Shown here one piece after another: positions 28,802 through 42,200 of a DNA stretch of 64,000 nt (positions within the stretch are counted from its first letter, which is position 1; every line of letters starts with the position of its first letter). Origin of the DNA: Azolla caroliniana (taxonomy: Eukaryota > Plantae > Polypodiophyta). The translations under genes were made by a program, and so were the position numbers. The stretch covers positions 7,068,001 to 7,132,000 of the forward strand of contig JBHGNT010000021.1 of NCBI GenBank assembly GCA_043228905.1, read 5' to 3'. Below the pieces are notes generated by a model, which was not told where the DNA came from, did no database searches, and saw only the letters and a list, made by a program, of their open reading frames with translations.

Positions 28802-31800
28802 AGATAGATTTTGAACAACAATAGAATACTCAAGACGATGTATATTACAAAGGAGATTAACCGAATTAATTACAAAGTAGGAGGAGAGTGCTTTATATAG
28901 TCCCTCTCTCTCTTCATTAACTACTGAAGCTCATGGGTCATGGGGAATGTGAAAAAACTCATTAGTTATGTGTCATAGAATATGATTCTATGACACATAG
29001 TTAATGTGTAGATAAGAGTGGTAACTTTTGACCTTTGAGTGCACACTCTCAAGGGTGTGTTCACACACTAGACTAGGTTGAGCTTGATTCTCAACATGCC
29101 CCCTCAAGCTCAACTTTGGTCGGCTATTTCGGTTGATGTCCGCTTCGGCTCGTATCCGGTTTGGACGGTATCCGGTTTTCTCTTGTACTCCTCCTCAAGC
29201 TTGGCAAGTCAAGGACCGTCAATCCAAGGTCTGACAGGAATTGCCAAAGCTTGTCGACTCCTAGGGCTTTGGTGAAGATGTCGACTGTCTGAAGATTCGT
29301 AGTGATATGTTGAAGGTCGACATCACCAGTATGAACACGCTCTCAAATGAAGTGATAGTGCACTTCAATATGCTTTGTGTGTTCATGGAACACCGAGTTC
29401 TGAGCCAGATAAATATTGCTCATGTTGTCATAGTAAAGGAGAATCGGATCTTTGATGGGAACGCCCAGATCCTTTAATATCCTCTTGAGCCATACGGCTT
29501 CACATGTAGCCACCGCTGAGCCCCTGTATTCGGCCTCTGTACTCGAAAGAGCGACGGTTGGTTGCTTCTTGCTACTCTAGGAGATGGCTCCACTTCTGAG
29601 GGAGAAGACGAAACTAGAGGTTGATCATGGGTCAGCTTTGTAGCCTCCCCAATCAGCATCTGTGTACCCATCGAGTTGAATTGGCGTGGCTGACTTATAG
29701 AGAATGCCATAGTCCATCGTTCCGCTCACGTATCGTAGCACTCTCTTAGCACAATCCAAATGGATATCTCCTGGCGTCTGCATGAACTGGCTAAGAAGGC
29801 CGACCGGATAGCTCAGGTCTGGTCGAGTGATCGTGAGGTAGATAAGACTACCGATCAGTTGTCGATATTGAGTTGGCTCACACTCTGTGGTGCCAGAATT
29901 GGCATCTAGTTTGAGGTTTCGGTCGAGAGGTGTTGCCACAGACTTGCACTCAGTCATCCCGAACTTGTATAACAGGTTGAGAATGTAGTGTCATTGGGAG
30001 ATCATAATCCCGCATGGAGTCCAAATTACCTCGATGCCAAGGAAGTAGTGGAGCTCTTTCATGTCTGTCATCTCGAATTTGTTGGAAATGAGGGATTTGA
30101 CCTTGTTGATGTCGACTAGATGCTCACCTCCAATGACCAGATCATCCACGTACAGGATGATGATGATCAAACTTTCAGAATCGCTTCTTACATAGAGAGA
30201 ATTGTCGGATTTTGACATTCAGAAGTCGATTCGATGAAGATATTGTGTTATCTTCGAGTGCCAAGCACGTGGTGCTTGCTTAAGGCCGTAGAGAGGCTTC
30301 TTGAGTCGGCAGATGACTTTTGGATGAATGTTGGATTCGAAGCTGGGTGGTTGTACCATGTACACCTCCTCTTCTAATTTGCCTTGAAGAAAAGAGTTTG
30401 TGACATCCATCTAGTGGAGGTGCCCACCCTTTCATTGCTGCAAGCGCTATCATGGTTCGTACGGTTATCATCTTTGCCACCGGGGCAAAGGTCTCTTCGT
30501 AGTCGATGCCCTGTGTTTGTGCGTAGCCCTTTACTACGAGTCAAGATTTGTAGCGGTTGACGGAACCGTCACCATTATACTTCACTTTGTATATCCATCT
30601 GTAGCCGATTGCCTTCTTGTGCGGTGAGTGAGGGAAAAGATCCCATGTCTCATTCTTGCTGAGAGCTTGCATCTCCTCTTTCATCGCTTTGACCCATCGC
30701 GGATCTTTAGCGGCTTCAGCAAAGCTCTCCGGTTCTCGAATTGCTGCCACCTTCATCATAAAGGCATAGTGGTATGCCATATTGTCGTTGTAGCCAAATC
30801 GGCTAACCAGATTCTTCTCTCGGGTGGAGTGACGGAGTTTCTCATTTGCCGATGTGAGTGCTTTCTCAACTCTAGGTGACCTTATAAGAGGCACATCAAA
30901 GCCATTGAACTCACTATCGAGTGAATGAGTTGATTCGTTGTCGTCGAAGTGATCGTCTTCATATTCCAACATTTTGGCCTTCTCTTTGTCCATATTTGGA
31001 CTTGGCCGAGATGTGCTTTGGTTGCTTGTAGGCTCTTGTGGTTCGCTCAATTTGGTTGAGATCGGACTCTCTTCGAGTATTGACATTAGTTGATCATCGT
31101 CTTTTGTGTTGTCGAGGTTATTCGTAGATGGCTCAAGAGGAGTCGGCTCGGGTTTGTACCATGATGTCGATTAGTCAAAGACGACATCCCGACTTACACG
31201 AGTCTTCCGAGTAGAGGGGTTGAAGCACTTGTACCCCTTTTGCTCTAGTGAGTACCCCACGAGGATGCACTTCTCTGATTTTGGGTCAATCTTTTGCCGC
31301 TTCTCGTCGGGAATGTGCACATATGCAATGGAGCCTAATATCCTTACATGGGATAGATCTGACTTCTTCCCATAGTATTTCTCGTGTGGGGTGACCTCAT
31401 GCACTCCGGATGTTGTGCACTAGTTCATGAGGTAGACAACGGTATTTGCAGTTTTTGCCCAATTGAGTACCCCACGAGGATGCACTTTTCTGCTTTTGGG
31501 TCTAGCTTCTGCCGCTTCTCATCAGGAATGTGCACGTATGCAATGGAGCCGAATATCCTTACATGGGATAGATCCGGCTTCTTCCCATAGTATTTCTCGT
31601 GCGGGGTGACCTCGTGCACTCCGGATGTTGTGCACCGGTTCATGAGGTAGACAACGGTATTTATGGAAACACTTCGCTCTTCATCCTCATGGGAAAGATC
31701 CATGTGTATCTAGAGAAGTCATCGATGAAGGTAATATAGTACCGACATCCTCCGAACGTAGCCGTTTGTGCCAGTCCCCACACATCCAAGTGGACTACGT

Positions 31801-34717
31801 CCAATAGGCCTTTGCTCACGTTCCTCTACTTTGGGAACGAGTGCCGATGTTGCTTGCCGAATTGGCATGCTTCACATACTCCTTCAATATCTTTCTCTTT
31901 GAAGGTCGGGAGGCCGATGACGACTCCTTTCGATTGCATCACCTTGAGTTTGTTGAGATTGATATGGCCGATTCTTTTATGCCATAGCTCTATGTTGGTG
32001 TCGGGTTTGAGGCCCCTTGCAAACATGGACGATTTTACCTCGTTCGCTTCGAGGATAAACATTCGGCCTTCCCTTTGACCACGAGCAATTAGTCGGCCTT
32101 CCTTCTCGATGAAGCAACCTCCTTGGTTGAATCGAACTTGCATCCCTTGCTCCACAATTTGGCCGACTGAGACCAAATTCTTCGTTTTGGTGGGTACATG
32201 TAAGACATTTTTTATGCCAGTTTGTTCACCTTCTTTCCCGAATGGGACATTGCCGACATGCCGAATCGGATGAGTGGTGTCGTCTCCGGTCTCGACATAA
32301 GCGGATCGATCCGGCTCTCGAAGGTCTTTGAACCATTCTTGATGTGACGTCATATGGTTCGAAGCACCGGAGTCGACAAACCATACATCTTTCGGATTGG
32401 AGGTATTAGTCGAAGTAGAGGCCGACATAGAATTTGCTCTATGTCTCATTACAAACATTCCACCATGATCTTCATAGTCGGAGTTGGTGGCGTAATTGGT
32501 GAGTTGTTGGCTTGTGGAAGCCGACTCGCGTTGTCGTGAAGATTTTCGGCAATAGTGTGAAAATCCTATAAAACGTACGAAATCGAGTATGAATCACGTA
32601 GTACAATAATTGTGAAGATAACATTTTAAATAGATTTAATATCTAAGTACAAAATGATGGAGGTTTCGAATGCACTTTATTACACGAGAAACATACAACT
32701 AAATGTCAAGATATGAGGGTATAAAGTTTGTAAAAGGAAAGGAGAAAATTGTGAGATATCCCACATAGGCACGACAAATACAGCTCTCATCATATATAAG
32801 GTGGAGCAAAAGATATTATCTTTCTGTCTATGTGTGGAGCATAGAGAGTTCAAGGTAACTTGAACTAAGAGTGGAGGTGGGCTAGCTACTCGTAAAAGGG
32901 TTTTGGCCAACCAAAACCGGACCGACGATGGACCCGATGATCCGGCGGCATCCGACGGCATCCGGTGGCGGCACCGGTATCCGGCGAACCGGCGTCCGGC
33001 GACTAGATAAATAAATATATAAATATATATACATATTTACATATACAAGGAGGGCAAGTAAGGATTTGAACCTTGCACCTCCAAGTTAGGAGTCAATTGG
33101 CTTACCTTTAAGCCATGGTATTTAGTTAAAATTATATTTCTATCATTGTAGTTTTACATGTAAATTCTCATACATGAGAGCTAAAATGAGTGACATGGTT
33201 ATCATGCACCACATGTAATGCTTAAGCGCCAAATGGCAAACATGCAATTTATGCATGTCTTGTACCCTCACATGCATCATATGCATGAGAGCATCTATAA
33301 AAGAGGGGAGGGGGAGGAGAAAAAAAACACGGTTTTTTTTATGAAAATTAAGAGGAAGAAATTCGTTATCAAATCAATCGTGTAATCTCAACTTCTCTCT
33401 TTCCCAATCTATCTTAAGTACTTTCTCGCCAAAGCTTGTATCGACTCTAAATCCTTCTGGTCCAGAACCCCGGCGGTTCCGCCTCACGATCTGCGCGTAG
33501 TGACGGATCTTCACGACAACGCTTCTTCTTTCGGCACTCTTTTTCATGGTGGCCAATTTTTCCGCAATAACCGCATTTGATCGAGGTTTGTTGGCTCGGA
33601 CCAGAATGGAAGCTCCCCCTTCTTCCGAAGGTTCCTCGATGGCTTTCATTTTGTTGCCGAAATTGGGAGTTCTTGCCATAAGTCGGACCTTGTCCGCCTT
33701 GTCCTTGGCCGAATCGGCCTCTTGCTCGGCCGCGTCCTCTTCCTCCATTCGAATGTGTGTAGAGCATGTGGACTTCCGAGGTGTCGCTCCTTTTTCGAAC
33801 ATGGTTTTCTTCAACCAACAACATGGATTGAAGATAGAAGAAAGAGGGAGGATTCTCCCTTGCTAGGACGACGGTTCTCATCGTGCCGAACCATGGTGCA
33901 AGGCTTCCAAGGCATATTTGCACCATCTCATCATCATCCACATTGACGCTTATTGAGCCGAGCGAGTCACAAAGCTCCTTGATCCTCAAGGTGTAGCTTG
34001 TGATGGACATGTCCCGTTGTTGGATGTTGTTCAACTCTTGACGGAGTTGAAGCTTTCGTGCCGTTGTATTGGCGGCGAATATCTTCCTTAGATTCTCCCT
34101 TGCTTCCTTTGGCGTCTTGGCTTCTCGAATGTAGCCGAGCATGTGGTCATGAACACATGTCACCAAGCAATACATTACTTGACTCGCTGCTTGCTCTCTT
34201 GTTGCATAGTCGGCGTCTTCCGGATCGGGCCGGTTTTCTTGTGCTCCTTTGATGTAGCTCCAATAGCCTTGACCGACAAGGTATTGATGCATCTTGTACT
34301 CCCAAGATGCGAAGTTGTTTCGGTCCAACTTCTCGCTAGGGAGAGCACTCCCCATTTGAGTATTCATGGTGTTCGATGTAGATTTCTTCCTTCTTCTTCT
34401 CTCTTGAATACGTGCTATGTAGTTGCACTACAATAGCGATGAGCCGTTTCTTCTTGAACGTCGGCGTAGAGCTCAACACATGCGGATGGGCGAGATCAAG
34501 CTACCAATACCATGTAAAGAATCGATGGTGATTCTGGTGCAGTGGAAGAGAGAGAGAGAGAAACAAGATAGATAGATTTTGAAGAACAATAGAATACTCA
34601 AGACTATGCATATTACAAAGGAGATTAACCAAACTAATTACAAAGTAAGAGGAGAGTGATTGATGGTGATTCTTGTGCAGCCGAATAGACTAGAGATATG
34701 TGTTGTGAGTGTGTGTG

Positions 34718-34755
<38 letters not shown>

Positions 34756-34906
34756 GATAGATAGACTTTGAAGAACAATAGATTACTCAAGACTATGCAT
34801 ATTACAAAGGAGATTAACCAAACTAATTACAAAGTAAGAGGAGAGTGATTGATGGTGATTCTTGTGCAGCCGAATAGACTAGAGATATGTGTTGTGAGTG
34901 TGTGTG

Positions 34907-34944
<38 letters not shown>

Positions 34945-35095
34945 GATAGATAGACTTTGAAGAACAATAGATTACTCAAGACTATGCATATTACAAAGGA
35001 GATTAACCAAACTAATTACAAAGTAAGAGGAGAGTGATTGATGGTGATTCTTGTGCAGCCGAATAGACTAGAGATATGTGTTGTGAGTGTGTGTG

Positions 35096-35150
<55 letters not shown>

Positions 35151-35450
35151 ACAAGATAGATAGATTTTGAACAACAATAGAATACTCAAGACGATGTATA
35201 TTACAAAGGAGATTAACCGAACTAATTACAAAGTAGGAGGAGAGTGCTTTATATAGTCACTCTCTCTCTTCATTAACTACCGAAGCTCATGGGTCATGGG
35301 GAATGTGAAAACTCATTAGTTATGTGTCTTAGAATATGATTCTATGATACATAGTTAATGTTTAGATAAGAGTGGTGACTTTTGACCTTTGAGTGCACAC
35401 TCTCAAGGGTGTGTTCACACACTAGACTAGGTTGAGCTTGATTCTCAACA
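28674..35450 (-). mobile_element. Ty1/copia element nested in gypsy gag, degenerate
   Basis: TSD CTTAT (28669-28673; 35451-35455); 3' LTR 28674-29096; expanded 5' LTR 34513-35450; PPT 29097-29110; gag starts MNTQMGSALPSEKLD at 34367; fragmented pol. Confidence 0.96.
32531..33519 (+). mobile_element. 989-bp LTR-like insertion with 13-bp terminal inverted repeats, inside copia gag
   Basis: TTGTCGTGAAGAT...ATCTTCACGACAA; splits KKKR/ESAS of the host; CG on both sides; CTATAAAAG at 33295. Confidence 0.85.
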
Positions 35451-35455
35451 CTTAT

Positions 35456-38400
35456 ATTATGGAGGTCTACGACATATTGCCATTCACTGCCCGCACAGAC
35501 CGAGACGTCAGGTACATCACATTAACTATGATAATAGAAATGAGTCTAGCATCGTTGAAACTGTGCCAACTAGTGATTCTAGTAATCCAACTCTATCTAA
35601 TAAGTTTGAGGTCCTAAGACAATTAGAAGAGGAGTCAAACGAATAAGTCTGGCCAAAATCGGAGCCGTTTGGTTGGATAGTCCCATAGCTTCTGGAAAGA
35701 TATTCGAGGAGTCTGAGGCGATACACATATAGTCTTAGGTGATCTAGGATGTGTAGTTTCCTTTAATCCGTAGCCCTGAGCATCCAATAGTCCGTGGTTT
35801 GCCATGGTTCGAGCTACACAACCCAAGAATTGATTGGAGACGATGAGAAATTAGGTGCCCTTCAAAAGGAAACATAGTAGTCAAGGGTCGAACAGAAGAT
35901 CCTCTTGAAAAGCATAGTGTTACCAATTCACCCTCTACCAAACACGTTGTTCCTCTTCATCAGATTTCAACCATCATCCTACAACAATTATGCCAAGAAG
36001 GAGCAAAAGAAGATTTATTCTTATTTGCCATACCAGTTGCACCTTCTAGTGACACTCAAGGGAAGTCAGAGGTCTACATTCCTAAAAAGTACCAAGAATA
36101 TGTTGATTTCTTCGACAAAGTCAAAGCTAGTGTACTTCCAAAGCATCGGCCATACGATTGTCCCATTGATCTACAGCCAGGAAAAGAGCCACCATGGTGT
36201 CCGATCTATAATCTGTCACCAACAGAGCTTGAGGTTCTTCGAGCATACATCGATGAGAATCTTGCAAGTGGGTTTATTCGACATTCAAAGTCTCCAGCTG
36301 GTGCTCCTATCTTTTTCGTGAAGAAAAAGGACGGCTCACATCGTTTGGTAGTGGATTATCGGGGATTAAATAAAGTCACAATAAGAAATAGGTATGCTCT
36401 ACCTTTAATTTCCAGTCTTTTAGAGCGCATTGGTCGGGCAAAGCATTTTACCAAAATTGACCTAAGGGGTGCATATAATCTTGTCCGTATTCGACCGGGA
36501 GATGAATGGAAGACTACATTTCGCACTCGGTATAGCCATTTCGAGTATACAGTAATGCCTTATGGGCTCACAAATGCTGCCACCGTGTTTCAACATATGG
36601 CAGATGACATTTTCCGAGATTTTCTAGATATCTTTCTCATCATCTATTTAGATGATCTATTGATTTACTCTAGAACATAGGCGGAGCATGATATACATGT
36701 GCGAAAGGTACTCCAACGCTTAAGAGAGTATGGTCTTTATGCCAAACTGGAGAAGTGCAGTTTTGATTGCAAAGAAGTTGAGTTCTTGGGTTACCATTTC
36801 ATCCAAAGGTATCTTCATGGATCCAACGAAAATTCAAACAATATTGGAATGACATACTCCAAATTCCGTTCGCAATGTCCAGTGTTTCCTTGGATTTGCC
36901 AACTTCTACCGCAAATTCATATGAAATTATTCGAAGATTGTATTGATGCTCACTCAACTCACCAAGAAAAATCAAGCATTTGTTTGGACTCCTGAAGCAG
37001 ACAAAGTCTTTACTCAATTGAAAGAGGCATTCACATCAGCTCATGTCTTAGCTCATGTTGATCCAGAAAAGCCATATACCATTGAGGCAGATGCATTCGA
37101 CTTTGCATTGGGGAGCATCCTATCATAACCAAGTGAAGATGGGCAGTTGCATCCAGTCGCGTTTCACTCAAGAAAATTTAATGTTGCGGAGATCAACTAC
37201 GAGGTGCATGACAAAGAGTTACTAGCTGTGGTCGACTCTTTTGTGCAATGGCGACATTTCTTGGAAGGTTCGCCTCATCAAATCATCCTTTATAGTGACC
37301 ACAAAAATCTTTCACTCAAGAAAATTTAATGTTGTGGAGATCAACTATGAGGTGCATGACAAAGAGTTACTAGCTGTGGTCGACTCTTTTGTGCAATGGC
37401 GACATTTCGTGGAAGGTACGCCTCATCAAATCATCATTTATAGTGACCACAAAAATCTTACATATTTGCAACAAGCTCGGTGAGCGCAATTTTTAACTCG
37501 TTTTGATTTCAAGATCATTTTCCGCCCAGGGAACAACAAGGGCAAGAAAATGCTCTATCTCGACGCCCATATTTGGCACTTCGCCTTGGAGATCCAGCTT
37601 TCGACAATCAAAAGCAAGTTCTCCTTGGTCCAACAAAACTACAAGCTACCACGGTTTGTGCCACGCCACTGGATTCAAGTCTTCTTGATACTATTCGACA
37701 ACAACTTCACTTTGATGATTTTGCTAAGGATGTCTTCGCCCACCTTGGTCCAAATCATGGATTGCTAGGAACATCTCGACGCTATAAGGAGTTCAAGCGG
37801 CAAGATAACTTACTTTTCTACAAGAATCTCCTTTATGTCCCTGATGGATCACCATGCCTTCGAGTGTTGGAGCACTGTCATGATGCCCGTATGGCCAGAC
37901 ACTTTGGTATTGCCAAGACCATGGAGCTAGTGAAGTGATCATTTTGGTGGCCTCATTTACAACAATTTGTTGAAGATTACGTTCACACATGTGACACATG
38001 TTGTTGAGCCAAAATGCCTAAGCATCATCCTTATGGGTTGTTACAACCATTGCTGACTTCGAGGAAGCCATGGCAGTCAATTTCTATGGATTTCATTACA
38101 GATCTGCCACCTTCACAGGGTTTTGATGCTATTTTAACCGTAGTGGATTGATTTACCAAGATGGCACATTTTTTGCCCTGCATAAAGAGCATCAGTAGTC
38201 AAGAAAGAACAGATATCATTATGCGTGAAGTATTTTGCCATCATGGTCTTCCAAACGACATAATTAGTGATCGTGGCCCGCAATTTATCTCTCATTTTTG
38301 GAAGCACCTATGTAACAGGCTCCGAATCTCTTGCAAATTGTCTTCAGCATATCATCCTGAAACTGATGGCCAATTAGATCACACAAATCAAACACTTGAG

Positions 38401-38732
38401 GAGTATCTTCGATGTTTCATCAGTTATCAACAAGATGATTGGAGTAATATATTGCATCTTGCAGAGTTTGTGTACAATAACACCATACACTCTTCTACCA
38501 AGGTCACACCTTTCTATGCCTATACTGGAAACCATCCTCGATGGTGTCTCTTGGACATTCCAGTGATCTCACCAAACCCTAGTGCGGAGCAACACCTCCA
38601 CCGACTACAACAACTCCAGTCTGAGTTGTCTTCACATCTTCAGAAAGCTCAAGCCCAACATAAGGCCCACACATATCGACATCGTCTTCCGTCTCCATTC
38701 AAGATTGGTGATCGGGTATGGTTGTTACGCCG
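35456..38732 (+). pseudogene. Chromovirus pol (PR, RT, RNase H, integrase), disrupted
   Basis: [77 protein letters not shown]; a 150-bp tandem duplication at about 37160-37460. Confidence 0.95.
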
Positions 38733-39287
38733 TGTTGAGAATCAAGCTCAACTTGGTCTAGTGTGTGAACTCACCTTGAGAGTGAAGAGACACTCCAATG
38801 GTCAAGAGTCACCATTATGTCACCACTTTGTATTCTAGCATTTAGTATGAGTCATAGAATCATATTCTATGACACATAACTTATGAGCTTTCACATTCCC
38901 CATGCTCCATGAGTCTTGTAGTTAATGAAGAGAGAGGGTGACTACATAAAGCACCCTCCTCCCACCTTGTATGATGTTGAGTCTTTCTCCTTTGTCAATA
39001 TACCTTTTACCTTGCGTATTCTATGTGTTTCACTCACTCACTCACTCACTCTCTCTCTCTTACACACACACATAACTCACATCTCTTCCACTTCACAAGA
39101 ATCCATCTCTTGATTCTTTACATGATATCAGAGCGATTTGGTAGCTCGATCTAGCCCATTCTCCTCATCGTGATCGTGTGTTGTGCTCTATGCCGACGAC
39201 CAAGAACCGGCTCATAGCTATCGTAGCTTCGCTACATAGCTCGCATTCGAAGAGAGAAGAAGAAGAAGAAGAAGAAGAATTGACATA

Positions 39288-42200
39288 ATGAATACTCAAA
39301 TGGGGGAGCGCTCTCCCTACCGAGAAGTTGGATCGAAACAACTTCGCATCTTGGGAGTACAAGATGCACCAATACCTTGTCGGACAAGGCTATTGGAGCT
39401 ACATCAAAGGAGCGCATGAAGACCGACCCGCCGAAGCGGCTCCTGGATACGCAACATGGGAGCAAGCCGCAAGCCGCGTGATGTATTGTTTGGCGACATG
39501 TGTTCACAACCACATGCTCGGCTACATTCGAGAAGCCAATACGCCGAAGGAAGCGTGGGAAAATCTACGAAAGATTTTTGCCGCCAACACGACCGCGAGG
39601 AAGCTTCAACTCTGCCAAGAGTTGAACAACATTCAACAAAGGGACATGTCCATCACGACATACACCTTGAAGATCAAGGAGCTTTGCGACTCGCTTGGCT
39701 CAATAAGCGTAAGTATGGATGATGATGAGATGGTGCAAATATGCCTCGGCGGCCTCGCACCACGGTTTGGCGCGATGCGAACCGCCGTTCTAGCACGGGA
39801 GAAATCTCCCTCCTTCTTCGAGCTCCAATCAATGCTATTGGTCGAATAAAACCACGTGCGTACAAGGAGCAATGAGTCGGAAGGCCACATGCTCTACACA
39901 CACTCTAATGGAGGAAGAGGACGCGGACGAGTGAGAGGCCGATTCGGCCAAGGACAAGGCGGACGAGGTCCGACCTACGACAACAACTCCCAATTTCAGC
40001 CGCAAAACGGAAGCCAACGAGGAACCTTTGCAAGAAGGGGGAGGTTCCACTCTGGCCCGAGCCATCAAAACGCAACCGAATGCGGATATTGCGGAAAGCT
40101 CGGCCACCACGAAGAAGAGTGTTGAAAGAAGATGCATGAATCGGCCTCCACAAGCCGACAACTCACGAATTATGCGCACAACTCCGACTACGAAGATAGT
40201 GGCGGAATGTATGCACACAACTCCGACCGTGGTGGAATGTACGGGCACAACTCCGACTACGAAGATCGTAGCGGAATGCATGTACACAACTTCGACCGTG
40301 GCAGAATGTTCATGATGAACTTGCATCCCTTGTGTGCCTCTGGTCCGGAAGACGTATGGTTCGTCGATTCCGGTGCCTCGAACCATATGAAATCGCATCA
40401 AGAATGGTTCTGAGAACTTCGAGAGCCGGACCGACCCGGCTATGTCGAAACTGGAGACGACACTACGCACCCGATTCGGCACATTGGCAATGTTCCGTTC
40501 GGAAAAGAAGGTAGCAAAATTACATTAAAAATGTCTTGCATGTACCGACCATTACGAAGAATTTGGTCTCTGTCGGCCAAATTGTAGAGCAAGGGATGCA
40601 AGTTCGATTTAATCAAGGCGGTTGCTTCATCGAAAAAGAAGGCCGACTCATCGCACGCGGACGAAGAGAGGGCCGGATGTTCATTCTCGATTCACATGAG
40701 ATGAAATCCACCATGTTCGCGAAAAACACGAAAGACGACTCCGACATAGAGCTATGGCACAAACGAATCAGCCACATCAATCTCAACAAACTCAAAGCAA
40801 TGAAATCGAAAGGATTCGTCATCGGACTCCCGACATTCAAAGAGAAGGAGATTGAAGGTGTATGCGAAGCGTGCCAATTCGGCAAGCAACACCGACACCC
40901 ATTCCCGAAAGAGCAGAATGTGAGCAAAGGTCTACTCAATGTAGTCCATTCCGATGTATGGGGACCGGCGCAGACGGCTACATTCGGCGGATGCCGATAT
41001 TACGTGCTCTTCATCGACGACTTCTCTAGGAACACTTGGATCTGCCCGATGCAGGAAAGGAGCGAAGTGTTCAGACACTTCCAAAATTTCAAGAATGAAG
41101 TCGAGAAAGTCACGGGCCGACATGTACGTTGTCTTCGATCAGATGGCGGCAAAGAGTACTTCTCGGATGACTTCACGACATATCTCCGAAAGGAAGGAAT
41201 TCGGCAAGAATTCACTTGCCGACACAGTCCGCAACAAAATGGGGTAGCCGAGCGCAAAAATCGGCACATCCTCGAAGTAGCACGGGCCATGATGAATGAG
41301 AAGCATATGCCCAAGTCATATTGGGCCAAAGCTGCAAATATGGCCGTCTACCTAATGAACTGGTGCACAACATCCGGCGTGCATGAGGTCACTCCGCACG
41401 AAAAATACTTCGGAAAGAAGCCGGACTTATCGCACATCTGGATATTCGGCGCGATAGCGTACGTGCACATCCCCGATGAGAAGCGTCAAAAGCTTGACCC
41501 GAAGTCGGAGAAATGTATCCTCGTAGGATACTCATTAGAGCAAAAGGGGTACAAGTGCTACAACCCCTCAACTCGAAAATCTCGAGTAAGTCGAGACGTC
41601 GTTTTTGACGAGTCCGCATCCTGGTACGCACCAGAGACAACTCCGACTCCGACTCCGGTCAACCCGGAATTCGCCGAACAAGAGATCGAGCATGAAGATC
41701 GCCTTATGCGCATATTCGAAGAAAGTCCAATCACGACCCGATTGAGCGGACCACAAGAGCCTTTGAGCGATCAAAGCACATCACGGCCTAGCCCGAAGAT
41801 GGACAAAGGCAAGGCGAAAATGGCGGAATACGAAGACGATCGCTTTGACAATGATGAATCGACTCACTCACTCGATAGTGAGTTTGGCGGTTTCGATGTA
41901 CCAATCAGAGCTAAGAAAGCCCTCATCTCTGCAAATGAAAAGCTCCGCCGATCCACCCGTGAAAAGAACCTCGTAATTCGATTCGGCTACAACGATTATA
42001 TGGCGTACCATTACGCCTTTATGATGAAGGTAGCGACAGTACGGGAGCCGGAAACCTTTTCGGAAGCCGCGAAGGACCCACGATGGATCGAAGCAATGAA
42101 CGAGGAGATGCAGGCACTACGGAAGAATGAGACGTGGGATCTCGTTCCCACCTCACCACACAAAAAGGCGATCGGATGCAGATGGATCTACAAGGTGAAG

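Noticed and set aside
33447-34367. Gag with a novel C-terminus (CREDPSLRADRE...)
   Set aside because: Read-through into the 32531-33519 insertion.
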